This document shows, one piece after another, positions 33,627-44,754 of a stretch of 58,131 bases of DNA (the stretch's first letter is position 1; each line of letters starts with the position of its first letter). The notes beneath the pieces were generated by a model. It was not told where the DNA came from. It worked only from the letters and a program-made list of their open reading frames with translations, and did no database searches. The DNA is taken from positions 1 through 58,131 of the forward strand of contig KZ538620.1 in assembly GCA_000934665.2 (NCBI GenBank), in the 5' to 3' direction. Position numbers and translations under genes: made by a program. Origin of the DNA: Catajapyx aquilonaris. Lineage: Eukaryota.

Positions 33627-36600
33627 ATGCCAAAGGAAGAGAGCGAGGAGGAGGACAAGGACTGCTGCATCGGAGCATCGGAGTCTGAGGGCATGACGGT
33701 CAAGGAGGAGGACACTGGCCCCCCTCCCCCGCAGCCAAGGTCACAGCCCGTGACCCCGACCTCCACCACCGTGACCTCTGCTCCTCCTGCCCAACAGCCG
33801 GTGTTTGGTTACTCGCAGAAGAACTACCACATCGCTGATGGAAACCTGTACAGCGTACTGACTCCGTTTCAGGCCAGGCCATCCACTTCCAGGCCTTGCT
33901 TCGTGCACAGGGGAGAACGGGCCAGGTACAGTTAGTACACAAGTACATCTTAATTACTCCATACTTAACTAAAGGGAATATTTAATAGGAAATGCAGCTT
34001 CATGGAGTCTAATATAGCCTAGATATGTAATCCACACTTCCTGTGAATGAATGAGTCACCCACTCGCACTCGGCAGGCCTTGATGAGACCAATAAAATTG
34101 AAATGCTATATTCATTACTCATTGAAAACGCGCCCATCAATATTATTATTGCAAAAGGGCTGCTGGGAAAAAGGGCCTCATCGCCCATTCATTCAGATTT
34201 GCGATGAGGCCCTTTTTCCCAGCAGCCCTTTATTGTCTCACATTCAAAATAAGACAATAAATAACATATAAAATGCTTTAGAAACACATGTCAAAGCGAA
34301 GCAACAAAAGAAGCCTAGTCCACTTATTTCTGTTATAAATTATGCAATTATGAAAATTAATAAACATTTACTCCTGCCGAGTCATCACTTGGTACGAATA
34401 AATATTTTGGAAGAATCAAGTGTCCACGGAATAGCTACAAGTTTCTCCGGTACTCTTGTCTTGATTTTATGGCGTTAATTACTGGTCCAGGTGAAGGTGT
34501 GAGTGTCTCTAACGTGTGAAAATGATCAACCGCCCATTGAGATCTGAGCAGAATGATCCTATAGCCATGTGGCCAAAAAAAAGAGAGCAAATAATGTGGC
34601 GAATGAAGTCGCTGTGCATAGAGCGAAAGGGTTGTTTGGGTGTGGGCTGCTTGGTGCTCCTGATTTGCATACCAGTCTGCGAGTGTTGGGCGGAGTCCCC
34701 GTTTGGGAATCAGTTTGAGAGGAAGATAAGAGAGAGAAGGTGCACCTGTGTGTGCAGGTGGGTGGGTGGGTGGGAGAGGCAAAAATTCCGCCCAGCCCAT
34801 GTCAGCTGGGTTCACCTCCTCACCAACAACTGAACAACGGTCCAGGTCCGATAGGTGCGGGCGGGTGTTGCTTGTGGGTCGCAATTTTTTCTTTTTCGCC
34901 ATTTAAGGGCCGGGAATTTTTGCAACTGCCTACGGTTGCAGGATGTTACGTCTTGTGGGGGTTTAGAGGTACCCCCATGTTGGTCAACTGCGTAACCAAT
35001 AGGGAGTAATACTTGACATTTGCTGATTTATAGGTGATGGGAACCAAGATATAGGAAGAGTTGCCATGCAAACCTCTTCATAAGGCAAACGAGGAAGAGA
35101 CACACAATAGGCAAAATGTTGCCTGACACACAGCTGTAGAAACGATAGATATTTTGATTTAATTACTACAAAATAATCATGATTTTCCCCATCATAAAAG
35201 AGGTGGTTAGCGATGATGGTGCAAGTTAATATTTTTGAAAGCAAAAATGACTTCGTAATATATCATACGGAGAGAAATTAATTTAGGCCTACATGACTTT
35301 AAAAAATTATATTTGTTGTTTATAATTATTTTGTTATTATTTACATTTTGAGAGACTAAATTCAACATATAAAAATGTGATATCTCATCAGTGCAATATT
35401 TTAAAATTCGAAATTAAATATAGCCTACCGTGTATAAATGTGACTTACCCGTATTTGACGGCATATCCATTTCGTATATTCAGGGGGGGAAATGTTCGTA
35501 TTGTACTTTTTCATGAGCAATTTNNNNNNNNNNNNNNNNNNNNCGTATTATATGAAGTCAAATACTGTACCGGTAACTGATTTGGACAAATGAATCATTA
35601 TTGTGTAAATTACTGTGTCTTAAAAACACGTTTTGGATTGCCAAAATTGCATCAGTTCACCACCACTTTTGATTTATCATCAACAGTCAGTATATAATGA
35701 CAATGTGATGTTACTCTGCAAAGCCTAATGACACGTTCTCGTTGGCCAGAGGAATTACTTTCCGAATGTCAACTCTCAGATATTATCTGAATGTTTAGCC
35801 AATGCCATGCGTGACTGTACACAATATGAGACCTTTTAAGGTGACATGGCATCATGGCTGCATTGCTCCTGTCTGTTCTGATTGTTTGAGATCTTTATGA
35901 TTGTAATACGTATTTAGCTTCCATTGAATGTTCACATTTTTTTTGTTTGTTTATGAAATCTGCGGATTAACTTGAGTCACTTTCTTCATACAGTTTCTGA
36001 CAATTCGCATTTTGTATGGAATAATGTAATCCGTAATCATATGCTGAACCGAATATTCGAAGCATGCTTTTTTATTCAGGACAGTTTTCACAGCTCGGTG
36101 CCGAAACACATCCAGACCTTAATTTTTGCACGCGCTTTTTTTTTCTTCTTCTTCTTTTCCTGGCTCATTCGAACCGCAACGGTGTATAGGAAATCCTAGG
36201 CAAGCTGTGCAACGCATTTGGCCAATCCGGGTACGAAAAAGGTGCGGAGTTGGCCCTCATTTGAGATGGGAGGAAAAGCAGGGTTAAATTTAGCCAGGAA
36301 GCTGCTTTCCCAAGGCAAGGAGCCCTTATGGACTTGGCACAACTAAAATAGCAACTCTGTGCCGCAGCACCTAAACTCTTGCTGCTGCTGCCATGGCAAA
36401 ATTTCGTGTGGGCCTTTTTCCACCCTCCTGTCTCATACCTTCTTTCTTTCTTCCTCTTCTTCTTGTGTGTTGACTTCCCAACAAGTCTTAATTTGGTGTG
36501 TTGAGGATTTGCTTACCAAGGGTGTCGGGTTGAGTGAACCCCGCAGGCGCTCCAAGTCTCAGAAGGAATGGGTCCAAACACATTTGCATTTTGGGCGAAT

Positions 36601-39429
36601 TTCTAATTGGCACAAGCAGGTTGGCTCCTGCTGGTGACGTAATTTTCGCAAGGTGTAAATTACTCGTGTATTAGTCACCAGCTGAGAAGGGGGTAATAAC
36701 ACCCCCTGAGGTGGCCTTTATCAATATAACTTGCATATGGGAGTGGTGCACTGCACAAAACCACGGTTCAACTCAAGCCTGGGGAAGCGTTGCGAATTGT
36801 TTACTCCAGAAACCTGTTTGTAAACAGAAGCAAACAGTCATGACAAGGGAATGTGGACCTGATTTACCGTCTCCTTGCTGGGGTGAACAATCAGTGACCC
36901 TTTCTTACTCTAACCTGTGGAAATGCATATTTAATAAACATCTAGTGAGATGCTTAAAATAATTTGGATGATGCAAGTAATATTATTTTGACACCATAAT
37001 TATTGTATCTAGCATCACACGCATAAGGCAAAATATGTTTTCATGATTGAAAGATTATTGCCAGACTCCTGAAGTGACGTTACAAATATTTTTGTCCAAA
37101 ATTTAAAAGGCGAGAAAATTGACCTCAATCTGATTTCAGTTATAGGAAAATAAAATGCGGAAATACTTTGGTTGGCTTCATACGGACGTAAATGTTCTCC
37201 CAACTCTTTCAGCCATAATTGGCTGATATTTCTTAATAGCCACTATTAAGGAGCAATCATTAATTTCATCGGATAGGAAAGGTTTTAGGTGTGCCTAATT
37301 TACCGTTAGTGTAGACTGTATAGCATTTTATGGGCCTATAAAAATTATTTAATGAACTCATAAAGAAATGCGCCGGAATTTTCTTGCATGTTTGTCAACA
37401 GGACACTCCTGTCATCGTTTAGACAACTGGTTACGAATTATAAGCAGGTATTACGTAACTTGTGCGCGTGTTTTTTCAATATTGTTTTCTATGTTACGTG
37501 ACAGATATTTCTGAACCCTGACACATTGTTTATGTTAACCACCCACAATTTTGTTGAGATCTGATTTACGAAGGGCGGGACAATAATGTGAGCAGTTCCG
37601 GATGGCACGACTTTGTGACTCACCCTGTGCTTTGCATTTACAGGGGGAGGCGAAAAACCAGGTGGAAGCTGAAGTTTCATCACCAGGCCCTCCCACCAGA
37701 GTACCTGGACCACTATGAGTCCACTTTGGCCAGTTCAAACCCTTCCCCGCCCCAGCCATCACCATCACCCACACCGGCTTCACCCGCCTCGGTGCCGTCA
37801 ACCCCTCCGTCCCCAAGCAGGGGCTCACCCAGGGGCCAGACCAGGGGCCAGACCAGGGGCAGAGGAAGAGGCCGGGGAGCACCAAGGCGAGTTCCGGTCT
37901 TCCTACAAGAGCTGGGCAACACGGACTCTAGCCCCGCCCTATTCTCGCCTTGCCCCGCCCCTCGCTCCGCCCCAATCACCGCCCCCTGCCCGACGCCCCG
38001 CCCACCTCCGACCGCAGCCGATCTTCCATACATGGGCGAGATGACCCTGGGCAACAAGCCGAGGCGAGGCCGGAAGCCAAAGAAGGCTGACATATGCCAC
38101 CTAATATCCAAGAATTATGGGATGGTGGTCAAGCCAATGGAATGTCCGCCTGAGAGTCCGGCTGTGACGTCAGAGGGCGGAGACACGGTGGTGAAGGAGG
38201 AGAAAAGGGAGGAGCCTGCTCCCAAGATGGCCCAGGAGCAGTCGGAACCGCTCAACTTGTGCCTCAGGGACATGAGGGAGGTCAACATCAAGGTGTGTAT
38301 ACCAGAAGCAAACAAACGGGAACCAACTGATCACGGAATGGAACGGACACATTCCAGTTCGTGCCCGTTTGAATGCTTCCAACCACAATCTGTGTACTTT
38401 TGGCTATAGTCATAGTGTGCCGATATCTATCGGTAGGTAGAGCCGGAGAGCGACTCGGAAGAGAAGTCAGTAACTGAAGTGGATCCAATGGGCCAGGACC
38501 ACAACAATCCTGAGTTCCCTTCGTCCATGGCCGGAGGATACGTGTACTGGCCCAGCGCCCGTGTGTTTGTGCACCCGGTGGCGCTGCAGTCTCCGCATCT
38601 TTTGTATGGGGTGGGCGGGGCTAATTCGGTGGGAGAGGTCAACTCATCGGTGGGAGGAGCCAACTCCGCCAGGGGGACCAGTACGTCACCAGGAGAACAC
38701 GAGACTCCTCCCAGTGCTGGAGGCGGAACCCTCCTTTGGTCACACCTCACCTCAACCCCGCCCCAAACCACACCTCTTCCCACGCCCCCTCCAGTGGCCC
38801 CGCCTCCAGCCCCTCCCCCAGCCAAGCGGAAACGCTCAGCCATATTCATCCCGCCTGCCGAAACACCCACTGAGGTCAGCATCTGCAAGTTCAAGTTTAC
38901 CGGAGGAGCCAAGCCGTCATTGGAGGAGAAGAAAATGCTGTCGGTGGACGCTGGAGGCAACTTCAGGTACTACAGCGGAACAGGCGAGAGGTCCATGAGA
39001 GGCTACGAGTTCTTCGGTGCCGGTGGAGCCTCCGCCCCTCAGCCATCCGAGCCCCGCCCAGTCCCCGCCCCCTTGGAATCGGCCCCGCCCCCACCACGCG
39101 TCCCGGCCACGCCCCAAAGGAGGCGTCGCCGTACCCGGAAGAGTCTGGTCAGGGAGAGGTTAGAACAGACTTTCAAGGAGAAAGGCTTCCTGATTCAGAC
39201 CCAGCAGCTTCAGTCAGCCGAAGGGGCCACCTACTGCAAGTTCAGGCAGCTTAGGAAGTTCACCAGGTACCTTTTCCGGAGTTGGAAGGACTACCTTCCG
39301 GGAAACCTGCAGGACATGGGGGGCGGACCCGGGGCCAGCGATCCCGGGGCAGGGAACTCAAGGGCGGCCGGGGAAGGAGGCAGTGGCGCCAATAATAATA
39401 ATGTTCCGAAACAAGCCAGCACACCATAG
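33627..39429 (+). CDS. Uncharacterised Pro-rich probable nuclear protein; long-form exons 33627-33925, 37644-38292, 38437-39429
   Basis: In-frame GT-AG splicing gives ...CFVHRGERAR|GRRKTRWKLKFHHQALPPEYLDHYE... and ...EVNIK|VEPESDSEE.... Ordered-looking blocks (LPYMGEMTLGNKPRRGRKPKKADICHLISKNYG; EVSICKFKFTGGAKPSLEEKKMLSVD; FKEKGFLIQTQQLQSAEGATYCKFRQLRKFTRYLFRSWKDYLP) are separated by low-complexity linkers. NLS-like KRKR and RRRRR, SUMO-like IKVE/VKEE, PLNLC. Family not recognised by name. Confidence 0.8.
35524..35543. other. Assembly gap (20 N)
   Basis: Run of N within an intron of the 33627-39429 gene. Confidence 1.
37505..37587 (+). other. Candidate 83-nt alternative exon carrying a stop codon and the AT of a split start codon
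   Basis: Pyrimidine-rich acceptor ...gttttctatgttacgtgacag|37505; donor caataat|gtgagc; followed by a 56-nt intron (37588-37643), the size typical of short introns in this window. Confidence 0.55.
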
Positions 39430-40991
39430 AGATAAGACTTACAAGCACTTGTAATGACTCACTATTCTTCCGTGTGTAAACCTCAAGTTAAATCCTTTTT
39501 TAAATCGGGATTAATTCAAACAAATGAGGTAAAATGAGGTTCAATTGAATTAGTGCCCCATACGTCCCTTAAATGGGTCATGAAGCATTTATTGTTCCGA
39601 CAATGGGAACGTTAGTAATGATAAGTGCAATAGAACCTGACGCCTTTCGAATGAGGTAGTTACATACTTTTTCTAATTATAAAAAGACAAAGAGTCCAAA
39701 GATGGCTAAGTCCCAATAATTTTTCCCAGATTTTTAACAGGCAGTTAGGAGCTAACTGGCTGATTGTATGTGCATGAGTTAAGTTCAGATGCAGTATAGT
39801 TAACCAATGTTCATACAACTGTCCCTGAGTTTGCTAATAGAAGCTCTTAACGGTCGGTTAAATGTTTGGATTAACTGGGCAAAAAGAGTGTGTGACATTG
39901 ACGCGTTTAATTAACGCTGGATATGTCACTCTAACCAAACTTGTTGGCAGTGTCCAAAAGCAAAGAGTCCCGTCCCAAATTAATTGTCCGCTAAGTAACC
40001 GCACCGCCTTCTTTCGGGAGTGTTAACCAAAGAAGAGTAGTTAACAGAACCGCTGTTTATTGTTAACCGGTTGGGATGTGACATGACTACATGAGGCTTA
40101 TACCCCCACTTTTTTTTCTTTTTAAAGAAAATGAATAACAAAAGAACAGTGTACCTGATGGCGTAGTTGTGATTCAATTCAGCCGCAGTTTTTAAGGGAA
40201 AATAAATCGCGAGGTCACAAAATAAAAAAAGAGGGCAGCTGGAATATTTATTTATATTGTTATATTTATACCACTGCCACAAACTTCTATAATGTATCAT
40301 GCGCTGTGCTTATTCGAATGTAAGGATTTATCCAAGTGTATGTAAGAAAGATGCAGAATGGTTTGTCACTGATACGTATGTGCAACGATTATTGTGCAAT
40401 TATTAATAAATTGCGCACAACACAAATCCTTTTTTCCGAATGAATTCAGCGTATATAAGTGTACTTCATATTTTCTTACAAGTGCTGTCGGTGCTACACG
40501 TCAGCCAAAGGACATAGTAATGAGTTACATATTAATCTATGCAAAAAAAATCGGTGCATTTTGGCGGTGATTGTCACCAAAGAGATCATCCCGTGAATTT
40601 TTAATCCTCGCGGCTTTAATTATTATTTTTAGGTAATATTTTGCCCTTCTCTCGAATTAACGGCTAACTTTTTTTTTAAATGGCGCCCCAAAGAGTGTTC
40701 GAGTCGATTTTCTAGTCGCATGTACATAGCAGTTAATTGCATTTTTTTATTTGTACATGGATTGTTGTTTGATACTCGCATGGTTGTTTTGTAAAGGATT
40801 TTAAAAAAGATTTTTTTTTGTTACATGTAAGTGCCAGGTCCGTAACGAACATCACGCTGGAGGAAACTGCTTGCGTTACGTCCGTTACGGGCTCGGTACC
40901 AACGGCAAATAACTAAAGCGACGAATAAATTGAAATATCACAATTTTTTCTGTCCAAATAAAATATATTTTCCGTGAAATTTCCAGGGTTG

Positions 40992-43395
40992 TTAGGCCAC
41001 TGGTGGTACTTTGGGCGCCTTCTTTCCCTTTTTATCGAGGTTGATGGCCGCCGGAGCACTTTGAGACGTCTGCGGTAGCGTCTCCTTGGCCTCCGTCGAC
41101 AGCACCCCCTCCGATTTTGGTCCAGGGATGGGACCTACTGCGAGATCTTCCGCCGACGCTTCCGGATTCGGAGGCGGTTTTGGATCCGGGAAGTACGAAA
41201 AGAAAGTTTCCCTGAACTCCTGCTGTACTATCTTCTTCGTCTTCGGGTTCTGCAACTCCTTCAGTATGTAGTTCATCAGGTCTTCATCCAGCTTCAGCTC
41301 CAGCAGCCTCTCCCTGAACTTGGGCTTTGTGATCACCTTGTCAGGCAGGGTTCGTACGAATTCGCTGTGGAAATCATAATTTGCGAATTAGCCGGGGCTT
41401 GATCTGATATTTGCGAAATCTGTACACGAATAGCTCAACTATACACATGTAACGAGCAAGCATTCCACCACTTTTCAGCACCAAAATGTCATTAGTCCTT
41501 GATAAAATGATCGCGGGTTCAAAAGTCACTCTCAAATTGGCGGGGCGTGGCCTAAAAAGCCTCAGCAAAAAACTCAGCAGGGGCGGGGCTAATTATGATT
41601 GCCAAGAGACACAAGCCACCTCCCAAAAACCATAAGTTAGCTTACCCTTACTATATAGCTTATTCAGAAAGAGAAACTTACAAGACATCTTGTTTCTTCT
41701 CCGTGCTGACGTTCTTCATCCTGGTGAGGGCCAGCTTCTTCTTGTCCACCGGTTTGACCTTGTAGCATCCGGATGACCCTCCGAACAGCTTGATCTCCAG
41801 ATTTGGCCTCTTGGCCATCACCTTGTCCTTCCACTGAAAACATCATGTTGTCACGTACAGCAGATGCATTTGGTTCATATATGCCAGCAAAATGGTACGT
41901 TTTTATAACCTTGAGGAACTCCGGGTTGATGGTGACTCCTGAGAGGTCGAGGACCTCGATGACCGGCGTCTCCTTCATTAGAGTCTTAATTAATGCCACA
42001 GCTCCATCGGCGCTCATGCCTCTACCCGGGTACAACTTCAGGACCTTCAAGGACTGGTTCTTCACCAAGCCTCGGGCCAGCTTCTGTGCTGTGCTGGTGT
42101 CCAGCCTACAAAAAATAAAAGTGTTAAGATTCGACTTAGACCACAAAAGATGTGGTCAAATTGGACAAAAACCTGTTGTTGCTGATGTCCAGTTTCTCCA
42201 GGTACTCGTTCTTTCGGAGGACTTTGAAGAAAGCGTCCATTGACTTCTTATCAATTGTGTTCCAGGACAGGTTCAGGTCTTTCAGGCCTACGTTACCCTG
42301 CAGCCCTGTGAACATCTTCCGTGCCTCTGTTGATGAGATAGAAATGGGGTCCTATATAGCATAGATCTGGGATTTGGGGAATTTTTTTTGTAGCCTAACG
42401 CAAATGGCTCAACTCAGATTCCACCACTTTTCAGCACCAAAATGTCATTCCTCGCTAAATTACGGCGTTTGACAGAGTTCGTACCCATTTTGTGGCCATT
42501 TTACCGACCTATCCCTGTGAGGTGATTCCAGCTGAGGTTGAGGACCCTCATGATGGTGTTCTTCTTGAATAGATTGGCCAGCTGCAAGGCGCAGGCCTCG
42601 TTCAGGTAGTTCCTGCTCAGGTCCATGGTGTGCAGGCGTTCATGCACGATCACTGTGGGCAGCAGGACGTTCATGTCCCTGTAATCCAGCTGGTTGTTGG
42701 ACAGATAGAGCTCCTCGATAGCGTCGTTTTCCTCCAGTAGCTCAGCCAGTGATGATATGCCAGGTCCGTGCAACCTGAAGGACATAAAATATTATGTAAA
42801 CTCTTGTCTAAACAGCTCTCCAATGTTGTCCATCTTGCCTATTGTTGTTCAGGTTGATCATTACGATGTAATCGTTGCCCATCAAGGCATCGCATATCAA
42901 CACGAGCCCTTCCGTGGTGATGTTGCAGTCGGATAAGTTGATTGTTGTAATGATGTTGTTAATTTTAAGAGCCTTGTTGATCGCAAGAAGCTCGGACATG
43001 TTCCACGGGTAATGCTGCGTAGGTCAAAGGTCAAACGGTGCCATCTGTCACTTGTAAAAATGATGATATACTTACAGACATGTTGAGGTCCTCCTCGTCC
43101 AAGGTGGCGATTAACTGGTTGGCCGGTATGACATCGAGTATTTTGCATGCTTTCAGGTACCTGTGTCTGCCGAAATAGTCCTCGGGCTCAACAGGTTCAT
43201 CTGCAAATTTAATCAACAGGTAAAGCATGTTAACAACAACAGCAACAACAACACGAAGTTACTCGACTAACCTTTAATTTTGAAATAAGTTGGCAGGTCG
43301 AGTGATTCCAATCTAGTGGCACTTGTTACTTGATATAAATTGAACTCTTTGAATTTCGGCGCGGTGGATTTTTCGGAGCTTTTATCTGAAGCCAT
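40992..43395 (-). CDS. Leucine-rich repeat protein, LRRC74A/B-like (RI-type LRRs), multi-exon
   Basis: 5' exons 43395-43272, 43200-43076, 43014-42839, 42774-42509, then further exons to stop 40992. YLKACKILDVIPANQLIATL followed by RI-like repeats (INLSDCNI, LYLSNNQL, MDLSRNYL, LNLSWNHL, LNLSWNTI, LDISNNRL). The LRRC74 assignment rests on remembered architecture; 3' exon boundaries were not all fixed. Confidence 0.75.
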
Positions 43396-44754
43396 CTGTA
43401 AACAATAGATTAATTAATATCACCTGACCTAATTATTTCATGTAAACTGTACTTACATTCTTTACCCTGCTCTGCCTGGACCTTTTTGACGAAACTGATT
43501 TTGTTCTACGTGAAGTCGACGACATTGTGATTTAGATATGTCAAATACCCCGAGGTCCAGATATTAAATATACGTAAAATTTAGACGACACTAAAATTTG
43601 TCCCACACTCAGAATTTACTGGCCAACAAAATACATGTTTCTAAGGAGATTGAAAGTCATCAAAATAACGAGCCTCATTGTTGCATGTTATTGGTAAGTT
43701 ACGTACTGTGCAGTATATTGAAAAATCGGTCTTGCAATATCATGACTGCGCTGGATGTCTGCTGGAAAAATAATCCGTCGCTCATTTTATTACCACGCGA
43801 GTGGCGGAGTAACAATATGAAAATTTAAATGCCAAAATAGCTTTACTGATAACATGAAACACACATTCTGCTAAGTAAAACGTGATTATTATTACTGCAA
43901 GAAATAATTATTACATATGAGAACACATTAGCTGCAGAAAATTACATCATGATTGTAATGGTGCTTTCCGGCAGCCGATAAACCTATAACAGGAATAGTA
44001 TGAACTATTATTGAAAAAGTAAGATTATGCCATGTTTTTTACGCTGACCCAAAGTCTCCAAAATCAGTTGCAACTATTTTAAAAGCTGGCAGTGGATTAA
44101 TAATGTATATTTATAAACTACACGTAACTTAGTATTTTTTCCAAAAGTATACAATGCGTATATACATAGTTGTGCAAAAATAATCAATGACAAATAACAT
44201 GGGCAAGTATAGAGGACACCTCTTATGGCTTCAGTCAAATCATATCAAAATCATATCAAGTGTATTTCGGTAGCTATAATAAACCAAAATATGGGCCCAG
44301 GTAAAGCAAGTACTACTGTATTTTCCTGCACATAATTAATAATTAGATTGTATAAGTATACAAGGTGTATTACCTCAGGTGCAGGAAGCCATTTTGAGCA
44401 TGGGATTTTACCTCCTCAAAAATTGCACAAAAAATTTAAATCACAATTTTGTTAATCAGTGATTGATCCAAATTCGATGTTCACAAAAGCCTGATAGAGA
44501 GGTGCCTGTCTCTTTTCTTCGCTAATTCAATGTTACTTTTTTCCCTTCCCCATCACTCAAACAAATCAAACAAATGTAATTTCTATCTGTCAGATCACTT
44601 CCTGGTGACCTTTTCTAAGTGGCCGCACTCTGTTCTGTAAACATTGTCCATGGTCAGCAAAGCACTCATTAGCATCAAGTATTTATGATCATGGTGTCGA
44701 GTGCCTAATGGACTGTAACGACGCGGGATTAGGAGCAGTTTAGTCACAAAAACA

